From: Permianibacter sp.
Lineage (GTDB): Bacteria > Pseudomonadota > Gammaproteobacteria > Enterobacterales > Permianibacteraceae
DNA length: 64,000 nucleotides
Assembly: GCA_041914645.1 (NCBI GenBank)
Contig: JAYSCY010000006.1
Coordinates: 241,647 to 305,646 of the forward strand
Direction: 5' to 3'
Shown here piece after piece: positions 9,394 through 17,715 of the stretch (position 1 is the stretch's first letter; every line of letters starts with the position of its first letter). A program made the translations under genes and the position numbers. The notes under the pieces are model-generated. The model made no database searches. It was not told the DNA's origin and saw only the letters and a list, made by a program, of their open reading frames with translations.

Positions 9394-10476
9394 TTACGGG
9401 GAGCCGGTTACCGTTGCACTGTCGGATTCGGTCGGCCGAGTAAAACGCTCAGCCCCGTTTTCCTTCCAGGCAATTACCTGTTCGGAGTTGGCCAATACGG
9501 TAACCACATCGGCCATGACCATCGACAGTTCGGTCAGATTGACGACATCAATCAAGCGGACTTCATCTTGTTTGCCATGGTAATGCGATTGGCCGCGCCA
9601 GACCGACAATGAATGTGCCGGTATGCCGAGCCAATGAGGCGCTGCTTCGCTGCCGATGTTCTTGATGGCGGCAAAAGGGGCGTTGTCGGAGCGCAGGAAC
9701 AATTTCCAGTCCGGATAGGGGTCCGCTTCCAGCGACCAGCCCTGGCGTGCCAGCAACGGCTGCAACGTATCGAACAGGTCGGAGTGTTGCCAACCGGTCA
9801 TCCACAGATTTCGGCTGTGTTTGCCTTCGGTGACACCAACCATTTCAAAATTCAGGTTGGTGACAAAGCGACTCAGCGGCAGCAGCGGTTGTTCAACGAA
9901 GTGACGCGAACCGCGTAATCCCCACTCTTCGGCATCCCATGCCGCGAAAACAATATGCCGATTTGGCCGCTGTCCGGTACGGGCAATCTGCTGCTGCAAT
10001 TGTTTGGCAATACCGAGTAGCGTGCTGACGCCGGAGGCATTGTCGTCGGCACCGTTGAACACATGATCCGTGCTGCCGTCCACCGCGCTGCCGATATGGT
10101 CGTAGTGAGCCGACAACAAAATGTACTCGCCCTGGTCGAGCGGCTGCTTGCCCGGCAGGATCGCCAGCACATTGCGGCCGGCCAGCGATTCGCCCTTTTC
10201 GGTCGTGAACGCAAAGGTCTGAAAAAAGTCGACGCGCCCCGGCAGCGGTTGCAAACCCAACTCACGAAATTCGGTGGCCAGCCAGTTGCCCATACGAAGC
10301 TGGGCGGCTGTGCCTGTCTTGCGTCCAGCGGCCGTATCGTCGGCCAGCGTTGCAAGCCAGCGCTGTCGGAGTTGTTGCTCACTGCGCAAAATCGGCGCTT
10401 GGTCGTCGTTGCGGTCGTTGGCTCGCAACGGTGCGGCCATGACAAGCCCGGTCAGGGCGATCAAAAACAGTTTCAT
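9394..10476 (-). CDS. M28-family metallo-aminopeptidase (secreted)
   Basis: Signal peptide MKLFLIALTGLVMAAPLRAN. M28 motifs are present: LLSAHYDHIGS, NGADDNASGVSTLLG, FAAWDAEEWGLRGSRHF. AAGGAG lies 9 nt upstream of the ATG at 10476. Confidence 0.85.
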   Translation of the reverse strand: MKLFLIALTGLVMAAPLRANDRNDDQAPILRSEQQLRQRWLATLADDTAAGRKTGTAAQLRMGNWLATEFRELGLQPLPGRVDFFQTFAFTTEKGESLAGRNVLAILPGKQPLDQGEYILLSAHYDHIGSAVDGSTDHVFNGADDNASGVSTLLGIAKQLQQQIARTGQRPNRHIVFAAWDAEEWGLRGSRHFVEQPLLPLSRFVTNLNFEMVGVTEGKHSRNLWMTGWQHSDLFDTLQPLLARQGWSLEADPYPDWKLFLRSDNAPFAAIKNIGSEAAPHWLGIPAHSLSVWRGQSHYHGKQDEVRLIDVVNLTELSMVMADVVTVLANSEQVIAWKENGAERFTRPTESDSATVTGSP

Positions 10477-10618
10477 GCCGGGTCGGCTCCTTGAATTGGC
10501 GAGCAGTGCGGGTCGCTGCATTGCAGTCGGTCATTGTGGCGACGGCGGGGCCCGCCGGCGCTTTGGCGTCGGCCTGCTATGCTTTGGCGGGTATCGCGGC
10601 TCCGGATTGTACTCGCCC

Positions 10619-12673
10619 ATGACAACGCGTTGGTTATTTGCGCTTATTGGTTTGTTGCTGAATGCGTCGGTCTCGGCCTGGTCGGCCGAAGAGCTGGACG
10701 CCGATTGGCTGGCCAAAATTTCCGCCATCCGTGAGCTGACCGATGATGCAGCGGCTCAGCAGGCTACAACCGAGCTTGCGGCAACCATCCCGTCTGAGCG
10801 TTCTCCGACCCTGGAATATCACTGGTTGTCCCTGCAATTATCGATGGCAGCCAAGCGTGACAACGGCGAACACGTTACCCAGCTCACTGATGCATTGCTG
10901 GCATTCGCTGACAAGAGTGGCGTACCGGAGGCCCGTATCGAGGGAATGATTTACCGGGCCGGGCAACTGAAAGATGCAGGCAAACCGGAGGACGGGTTGA
11001 AGCTGGTCCGCGAGGCACTGGCGCTACTGGAAGGCGTTTCGGATCTCCGCTTGCAGTACCTGACCCACAATCGGGCAGCGTTGATCTATTCCGATACCGG
11101 CGACTATGAAAGCGCCCTGGTTGAACACCTGAAAGCGCTGCCGTTGGCTGAACAATCCGGCACATTGAGGCCGCCGCGTGAACTGCAAACGTTGAATAAT
11201 CTGGGCGCGCTCTACCTGAATCTGCGGCAACCGGAAAAAGCGCTGGAGTATCTGCAACGTGCACTGCCGCTGGCCGAGAAGTTCGGTGCCAAGCGGAATC
11301 TGGCCAACCTCAATGCCAATCTTGGTTATGCATGGTCGTCGCTTGAGCAACATGAACAGGCCAAACAGGCGTATCTCCGGTCACTGCAACTGGCCCGCGA
11401 GATAGGCGAGGTGCGCACGGAAACGACCGCGCTGGTTAACCTCTCGGATGATGCCTTGCGTCAAAAAGCATTTCAGGAGGCGGCTGATTATGCCCAGCAA
11501 GCGCTAGTTCTTTCACAAGGCGCCAAGCTGGTCAGCAGCGAGGCCATTGCGCGTGCCAATCTGGGCAGTGCACTCGTTGGCTTGGGCCAGTACAAACAGG
11601 GTTTGCAACAATTGCTGGCGGCCCAGCAGTCATTCCAGGCGATTGGCGATGTCGGCACGGAAGATGTCATGTTGACGGACTTCATTCTCGCTGCCGAGCG
11701 TGCCGGTGAGTTGGCGCAGGCCAACGGCCTGCTGCACCGGCAGCTTGAATTGCGCGAGCAGCTTTTTTCCGAGTCGCGGCAACGCGCTGTGACCGAACTG
11801 CAGGAACGCTTCGACGCCAGCGCGAGGCAAAAGCAGATCGAGTTGCTGGAGCGGGAAAATCAATTGCAGTCGGCCGAAATCAGCAATCGCCGCCTGTACC
11901 TTTGGGTCGTGGGATTGGTGGCATTGACGGTGGTGCTGGCGGCCGCGGTGGTCATGCTGTCCTACTGGCGGGTTCGCGATGCCAATCGCCGCCTGCAGGC
12001 CGCCAATGAGAAATTGGCCGATCAGTCGATACGGGACCCGCTGACCGGCCTGTTCAACCGGCGCTCGTTCCAGTTGGCGATGGATCGGCGCTGGACCGAG
12101 CGTGAGCGACGCAACAGTGCCGACACCTCAATCGACGCCTTCATCCTGCTCGACATCGATCATTTCAAGCGCATCAATGACAACCATGGTCATGCAGCAG
12201 GCGACACCGTGCTGGTTGAAGTGGCCAAGCGCTTGAACAGCAGCATGCGCGACAGTGACATGGTGTTGCGCTGGGGTGGTGAAGAATTCCTGCTGTATTT
12301 GCGGGGCACGACGATAGACGCCTTGTCCGGTGTTGTTGAAAGGGTACTGAACGGCCTCGGTGCTACGCCAATCCAACATGAAGGCAAGCCGTTGCCGGTA
12401 ACGGCCTCAGCGGGCTTCATTCCGCTGCCATTCAGCAATCTGCCGGAGACAGAGTTCGGTTGGGAGCGCGCGGTGCAACTTGCCGACTCAGCGTTGTACC
12501 TTGCCAAAAGTCGCGGACGTAACCGGGCCTATGGTGTGCTGGCGATCAACGGCGACAGCCACGAGCTCGCTTCGGCATTGGAGCAAAACCTCGCGCATGC
12601 CATGCGCCACCATCAGGTGAATGCCGTCGAGGTGCTGGGCCCCGGTGCCGCGCCTGCCGGTGCGGATGATTGA
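10619..12673 (+). CDS. TPR-repeat sensor diguanylate cyclase (GGDEF)
   Basis: Signal/anchor MTTRWLFALIGLLLNASVSAWS, a long TPR-like region, one transmembrane (TM) segment, then RDPLTGLFNRRSF...DIDHFKRINDNHGHAAGD...RWGGEEFLLYL. The track ORF from 10274 is trimmed to the ATG at 10619. Confidence 0.85.
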   Translation: MTTRWLFALIGLLLNASVSAWSAEELDADWLAKISAIRELTDDAAAQQATTELAATIPSERSPTLEYHWLSLQLSMAAKRDNGEHVTQLTDALLAFADKSGVPEARIEGMIYRAGQLKDAGKPEDGLKLVREALALLEGVSDLRLQYLTHNRAALIYSDTGDYESALVEHLKALPLAEQSGTLRPPRELQTLNNLGALYLNLRQPEKALEYLQRALPLAEKFGAKRNLANLNANLGYAWSSLEQHEQAKQAYLRSLQLAREIGEVRTETTALVNLSDDALRQKAFQEAADYAQQALVLSQGAKLVSSEAIARANLGSALVGLGQYKQGLQQLLAAQQSFQAIGDVGTEDVMLTDFILAAERAGELAQANGLLHRQLELREQLFSESRQRAVTELQERFDASARQKQIELLERENQLQSAEISNRRLYLWVVGLVALTVVLAAAVVMLSYWRVRDANRRLQAANEKLADQSIRDPLTGLFNRRSFQLAMDRRWTERERRNSADTSIDAFILLDIDHFKRINDNHGHAAGDTVLVEVAKRLNSSMRDSDMVLRWGGEEFLLYLRGTTIDALSGVVERVLNGLGATPIQHEGKPLPVTASAGFIPLPFSNLPETEFGWERAVQLADSALYLAKSRGRNRAYGVLAINGDSHELASALEQNLAHAMRHHQVNAVEVLGPGAAPAGADD

Positions 12674-12719
12674 ACAAAAGGCCGTTTCCTGTTTGTGATA
12701 AGCCAGTGCTCTGGCTACG

Positions 12720-13163
12720 TCATTTTTTCGGTATAACTTGAAAGCTGTCGCTGCGAGGTAGCTCCTGCAGTACCGCCACCAACGCCGGAGGCGGGGTGAT
12801 CAGTTTGCGGGCATGGAGATCCAGCCAGGCGCCGTGCGAAATCACCCGTGCTGCCAACTCGCCGCTTTCCTTGAAAAACTCGTTGCGCAGCTTGAACCGG
12901 CCGGCATCTTCACTCAGTGCCTCCATTTGCAAGCTGACCGTGACCGATTCCAACAGCCGAAACTCCTTGTAGTAATCCACCTCGTCACGGAATACCACCG
13001 GCCCGATTTTCAGCTTGCCAAACTCCGCAGCCGGAAACCCGTGCTCCTGAAAAAAGGTAAAGCGCAAGTCCGCGGCGAAATTCAGATAGGCCGTGTTGGC
13101 CATATGGGCATTGAAGTCCATATCAGCCCAGCGTGCGACAAACGAGCGTGAAAACGCAGCCAC
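12720..13163 (-). CDS. Hotdog-fold acyl-CoA thioesterase family protein
   Basis: 147 aa reading MAAFSRSFVARWADMDFNAHMANTAYLNF..., typical of 4HBT/YbgC-like thioesterases. Confidence 0.65.
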   Translation of the reverse strand: MAAFSRSFVARWADMDFNAHMANTAYLNFAADLRFTFFQEHGFPAAEFGKLKIGPVVFRDEVDYYKEFRLLESVTVSLQMEALSEDAGRFKLRNEFFKESGELAARVISHGAWLDLHARKLITPPPALVAVLQELPRSDSFQVIPKK

Positions 13164-13182
13164 GTTGGTTCCCCCCGATTGT

Positions 13183-15021
13183 TCAACGAATTCCGCTGAC
13201 CGCGGTTGCTGCCATGGTTTCGGTCACCGTGGCCGTGCCTGTTGCCGCTTCGGTCTCGACGGCATCGCGACGTGATTGGCAGTCACGGTAGCTGACACAA
13301 CAGTTACGGCCCTGCTCCTTGGCCGTGTAGAGCGCGAAGTCAGTCGCTTCGAACAACTGATCGGCTGTTTTGCCGAGCTCATCGTCCAGGCTGCCGAGCC
13401 CGATGCTGATGGTGACCGCATGACTGCCGGTATTGTCCTGTTGCACTGTGTTGCGCAGCCGTTCGGCCAGCACCATCGCCTCATCATGGCTGGCGCCAGG
13501 CAGAATCACGGCAAACTCCTCGCCACCGTATCGGCACGCCAGATAGGGTTTGCGAACGTGTTTGCGCAGTGCGTTGGCTACCCGCTTGATCGCTTCGTCA
13601 CCTTCGGCATGCCCATGCAGGTCATTGAACTGCTTGAAATGATCGATATCGATGACCAGCAATGCCAGCGGCTTACCCTGCTGGGTCGCCATGGCAATGG
13701 CGGCGGGCAGTCGGTCATCAAACAGCCGGCGATTGCCAAGCTGGGTTAGCGCATCGGTGCGACTCTGATGCTGCAATTCGTTCATTCGGCTGCTCAGCGT
13801 CAACGAAAGCAAAATCATTTCCAGCAGGGAGCCAATCTGCCAGCTGTTCTGGGTCACGAACGTGTGTGGCAGTACGCCGAAAATCTTCCACAGGTAGACA
13901 ATGGAACCGGCCAGAAACGCACCCCAGGCGATAAGGAAGTAGCGGGCCGGAATCGAGCCGGCGAGCGCGCTGACACTGCCCATGATCAGCATGAAGATCA
14001 CCGACAGCAGAATCAGCAGCGTTACCGGCACGATAAGGGTGGCATAGGGCAGTAGCGGCGCAGCAACCAGCGCCGCGAAGGCGATCCACTGCAGGCCTTG
14101 GGCGACTTTGTCCAGACGTGGTGCGTAGTCACGAGCGTGCAGAATCATCCGGGAGAATTGCAGCGCCACCAGCAACGAGGCGCTGAGCAGCACAATCAAG
14201 CCCGTGTTGCCCCAGCGTGGGCTGTTGGGCCACAGAAACTGAAATGCCAACCCATTGTGGGTCGCCATATACAGGCCAAAGCAGGCGACATAGGCGAAAT
14301 AGGCCAGAAAGGCGCGGTCCCGAACCGCGACATAGACCAGAGAGCTCCAGACCAGCAGCATGATAACGGCACCGTAATAGATGCCGTATGCCAGCTGTTC
14401 GCGGCTCAATTTGGCAACCAGATGGTCGATGCTATTCACCGACAGACTGATATCGATTGGTCCCTGCGATTGGTAGCGAAGGTAATAACTGCGTTCACTG
14501 TGGGCGGGTACCAGCAACGGAAACAGAAATTCGCGATGCAGGATCTCGCGATTGGCAAACGGCAAGCGGTCACCTGTTGCCAGCTGCTGCCAGCTGCCGT
14601 CGGCTGCCGGTTGATAGAAGTCGATGTAGTCGATCAAGGGATAACTTTGCCGCAGGACCACCTTCAGACTGTCCGCTGAGTCGTTGCGCACCCGAAACCG
14701 AGCCCACCAGGTCGATTTGGTGAAGCCGATGTTGGTGGCTTCATGACTGGCCGGGTTGAACCGCTGGCCAGCAGTCACGACCTCGTCAATGGTCATCAAT
14801 CCGCTGGGGTCTTCCAGCAACTCCAGATGGCCGGCGAGCCGATCAAGCTGCATCGGGTCAGTGATTACGATAGCCGAGGTGCTGGAGCTGAATGGGGATT
14901 CACCATCGCTGGCAGCGATTCCTGCAACGCTGAGCACGGACAACAACAGGCCGGTGAAATAACGGAAGAAGTGGCGGCTGACGTAACGCAGCTGACAAGT
15001 CGGATTCAGCATCGATAGCAT
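13183..15021 (-). CDS. 7TMR-DISM-type membrane sensor diguanylate cyclase (GGDEF)
   Basis: An N-terminal periplasmic domain (STWWARFRVRNDS...), about 7 TM helices, then TDALTQLGNRRLF...IDIDHFKQFNDLHGHAEGD...RYGGEEFAVIL. An alternative start is at 15012. Confidence 0.85.
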   Translation of the reverse strand: MLSMLNPTCQLRYVSRHFFRYFTGLLLSVLSVAGIAASDGESPFSSSTSAIVITDPMQLDRLAGHLELLEDPSGLMTIDEVVTAGQRFNPASHEATNIGFTKSTWWARFRVRNDSADSLKVVLRQSYPLIDYIDFYQPAADGSWQQLATGDRLPFANREILHREFLFPLLVPAHSERSYYLRYQSQGPIDISLSVNSIDHLVAKLSREQLAYGIYYGAVIMLLVWSSLVYVAVRDRAFLAYFAYVACFGLYMATHNGLAFQFLWPNSPRWGNTGLIVLLSASLLVALQFSRMILHARDYAPRLDKVAQGLQWIAFAALVAAPLLPYATLIVPVTLLILLSVIFMLIMGSVSALAGSIPARYFLIAWGAFLAGSIVYLWKIFGVLPHTFVTQNSWQIGSLLEMILLSLTLSSRMNELQHQSRTDALTQLGNRRLFDDRLPAAIAMATQQGKPLALLVIDIDHFKQFNDLHGHAEGDEAIKRVANALRKHVRKPYLACRYGGEEFAVILPGASHDEAMVLAERLRNTVQQDNTGSHAVTISIGLGSLDDELGKTADQLFEATDFALYTAKEQGRNCCVSYRDCQSRRDAVETEAATGTATVTETMAATAVSGIR

Positions 15022-15151
15022 TCCTGCAAGCGACTCGGCATTGGAGTCTCATTATAGGTTGGGTCTCTTGCGTGGTTGTCGTTCGGCAGGTGCCATCGTC
15101 TACCAAGCTGGTGACGGAACGCAGACCACTGCCGGCTGCCGCTGCAAACTC

Positions 15152-15196
15152 GGTCGTTGCAAACCCAGTCGTGACAAACCCGGTCGTGACAAAAAA
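15152..15196. repeat. Three tandem 15-nt direct repeats in a divergent promoter region
   Basis: The copies GGTCGTTGCAAACCC / AGTCGTGACAAACCC / GGTCGTGACAAAAAA are contiguous. They lie between the GGDEF gene (minus strand) and the di-haem gene (plus strand). Confidence 0.8.
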
Positions 15197-15378
15197 CAGA
15201 ACGCCGGGTAGTGTGCGCGCAGACCTCGCGCCCTGCAATCCACTTGCTTGCCGTGGCAGGGCAGGTGGACAGCAGGTGATGCCGTGCAGCGCTGCACAAA
15301 TGGCCATTGCCGACGACATAACAAGAAATGCCGGACGCTGGCAGTCTGTCTGGCCTGAAGGGGACAAGGAGAATGTGG

Positions 15379-17715
15379 ATGACGGGAACAGTGCTCGGAC
15401 GTGTGCAGCAATGGTGGGGACGGCTGATGGCCGTTCGACTGGGACAATTGCTCAGAGGGTTGTTGAAACTGGCTTTGGTGGTGGCTCTGATCGCAATCGC
15501 CGGGTTCGCCTGGTTTGTCTTGTGGCCGACCCATACCATTCCCGCGCTAGAGTCCGTTGATGAGTATGTCTATCTCGACCAGAACTGGGGTGATGGTCAG
15601 CAAGCCAGCGGTCGTGAACAGTATTACTACACCGGTCAGGGCGCATCCATGCCGCAAGGCGCGTCGGCCGGCGCGGTTCGATATGACTGGTTTGTGCATC
15701 TGGAGTTGCCGTTCTCGGAACAGCGCTTCGCCGACCCGGACCACATGCGCAAGTATCGCTTCATTGTCGATCCCAAGCCGAGCGCGGCCAATCCGGATCA
15801 GTTGCCAGTCGGCTTTACCCGGCATTTTGATCCGGCAATTGGTGAAGATGTGCTCGACATCACCTGTGCGGCCTGCCATACCGGCGAGATCCATTACCAG
15901 AAAGACAGCACCCGTTACGCCATCCGCATCGATGGCGGTCAGGCCATGCATGCGTTTACTGACATGACCCGCGGCAGCTTTGCGCCGGTATTGCTGGCGT
16001 CACTCATCGACACCGTGGTCAAGCCCTGGAAGTTTGACCGGTTCGCGAAGAAGGTGTTGGGCACGGGTTATCCGGCCGGTAAAGATCAGCTGAAAACAGC
16101 GGTCTTGGCCTCGATCAAGGCCATGCTTGGCAGCGGCCAGAACAATCCGCTGCGCAAACTCTATCCGGTGCACGAAGGCTTCGGTCGCACGGATGCGCTC
16201 GGCCGGATTGGCAATACCGCGTTTGGTGATCACCTGGTTGCCGCCAACTATCAAGTCGGCGATGCCCCGGTCAGCTACCCGTATCTGTGGAATATCTGGA
16301 AGTTCGACTGGGTCCAGTACAACGGCTCGGTGGCGCAACCGTTGGCCCGCAATATTGGCGAGGTGCTCGGCGTCGGTGCCATTGCACCGCTACGCAGTGA
16401 CATGAATGAACCGCTGCCGGCAGCAGAGCGGTTTCGCAGCTCGGTCAATATCGGCAATCTGCAAACCATCGAACACACGCTGCAAAAGCTGACGCCGCCG
16501 CGTTGGCCGGAAGCCATTCTGGGTGCCATCGACCCAGTAAAGGCACAGCAGGGTGAAGCACTGTTCAAACAGCATTGTCAGGGTTGCCACGGTCCGCATG
16601 TTGCCAGCGCGGCCCGCCAGCAAGCCAGCGCGCCACTGAAGCCGTCGCCGGACGTTGAGTGGCGCATCGAAGTGATCCCGCTGGAACATATCGGCACAGA
16701 TCCCACCGCCGCCAATGCGTTCCTCGAACGGCATTACGATCTGAGCCCAGCCGGTTTGAGCAATGACGAACTGCGGGCGGCGCTGCAGCCGCTGCTGATT
16801 CGGCAATTGGCCCGTGACGCCCGATTCCGGTTGACCGAGGTCATCGCTCTGCGCGGTGCAGCGCAGTTGCCACTTGGTGAGCTGCCGGCGCTGCTGGCCC
16901 AGTATCCGAATCCGGATGCCGATGCCACCGCAGTGTTGCCGAGCGAACACTTCCAGCGCATCGATGCCGCCCTGTCCACGCTGCTGCAACCGTTACCGGC
17001 CATTCCTTCGGCCAGCGACTGGCCGGCGGATCCGCTGCATTGCGATCTGGATTGTCATACCGTCAATCTGCTCTGGGATCTGCGCCAGGGCATGGCCAGC
17101 ATTGAGCAACGGATGGCGGCGATTGACGTCACCAAAATGGAAGAGGGCGCCGCGCTCAATGTGGTCGGCATTCTGATCAAAAATCGTTTCTATGCTGACT
17201 ACGGTATCGACTACCCGACCCAGCAGTGTCTGGAAGGGTTTGGTGCGCTTGACTTGCCCCAGGTGATCGCCGGTTACAAACCCCGGCCGCTGGAAGGCGT
17301 CTGGGCAACGCCGCCGTTCCTGCACAATGGCTCGGTACCGAGTCTGTATCAAATGCTGCTGCCGCCGGCCAAGCGCGACAGCAAGTTCTTTGTTGGTCGA
17401 CGCGATTTTGATCCGGTTCATGTTGGCTATGTCACAGCACCGGATGAAGACGGCGACGACGACGGCTTCTGGCTGGACACCAGCATCACTGGCAATCACA
17501 ACAGCGGCCATGCTTTCGCTGCCGATGCCACACTCTGGCAGCAACATCAGCAGGATCCGAAAGCGCATCCGCTACCGACTGGTGTAATCGGTCCGGAGTT
17601 CAGTGATGAAGAGCGTTTTGCGATCATCGAATACCTGAAAGTTCACCGTGACCTGCCGGCAACGCCCGCCGACTTTCAGCCGCCGCAATGCCAGCTCTGG
17701 GGGCAGACATGGTGA
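15379..17715 (+). CDS. Membrane-anchored periplasmic di-haem cytochrome c, CCP/MauG/RoxA-like superfamily
   Basis: Two CXXCH motifs (DITCAACHTGE and KQHCQGCHGP) and a CCP/MauG-like motif WATPPFLHNGSVPSLYQML. The N-terminal hydrophobic anchor is LLKLALVVALIAIAGFAWFVLW. AAGGAG lies 7 nt before the ATG at 15379; in-frame alternative starts are at 15328 and 15373. Confidence 0.75.
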   Translation: MTGTVLGRVQQWWGRLMAVRLGQLLRGLLKLALVVALIAIAGFAWFVLWPTHTIPALESVDEYVYLDQNWGDGQQASGREQYYYTGQGASMPQGASAGAVRYDWFVHLELPFSEQRFADPDHMRKYRFIVDPKPSAANPDQLPVGFTRHFDPAIGEDVLDITCAACHTGEIHYQKDSTRYAIRIDGGQAMHAFTDMTRGSFAPVLLASLIDTVVKPWKFDRFAKKVLGTGYPAGKDQLKTAVLASIKAMLGSGQNNPLRKLYPVHEGFGRTDALGRIGNTAFGDHLVAANYQVGDAPVSYPYLWNIWKFDWVQYNGSVAQPLARNIGEVLGVGAIAPLRSDMNEPLPAAERFRSSVNIGNLQTIEHTLQKLTPPRWPEAILGAIDPVKAQQGEALFKQHCQGCHGPHVASAARQQASAPLKPSPDVEWRIEVIPLEHIGTDPTAANAFLERHYDLSPAGLSNDELRAALQPLLIRQLARDARFRLTEVIALRGAAQLPLGELPALLAQYPNPDADATAVLPSEHFQRIDAALSTLLQPLPAIPSASDWPADPLHCDLDCHTVNLLWDLRQGMASIEQRMAAIDVTKMEEGAALNVVGILIKNRFYADYGIDYPTQQCLEGFGALDLPQVIAGYKPRPLEGVWATPPFLHNGSVPSLYQMLLPPAKRDSKFFVGRRDFDPVHVGYVTAPDEDGDDDGFWLDTSITGNHNSGHAFAADATLWQQHQQDPKAHPLPTGVIGPEFSDEERFAIIEYLKVHRDLPATPADFQPPQCQLWGQTW

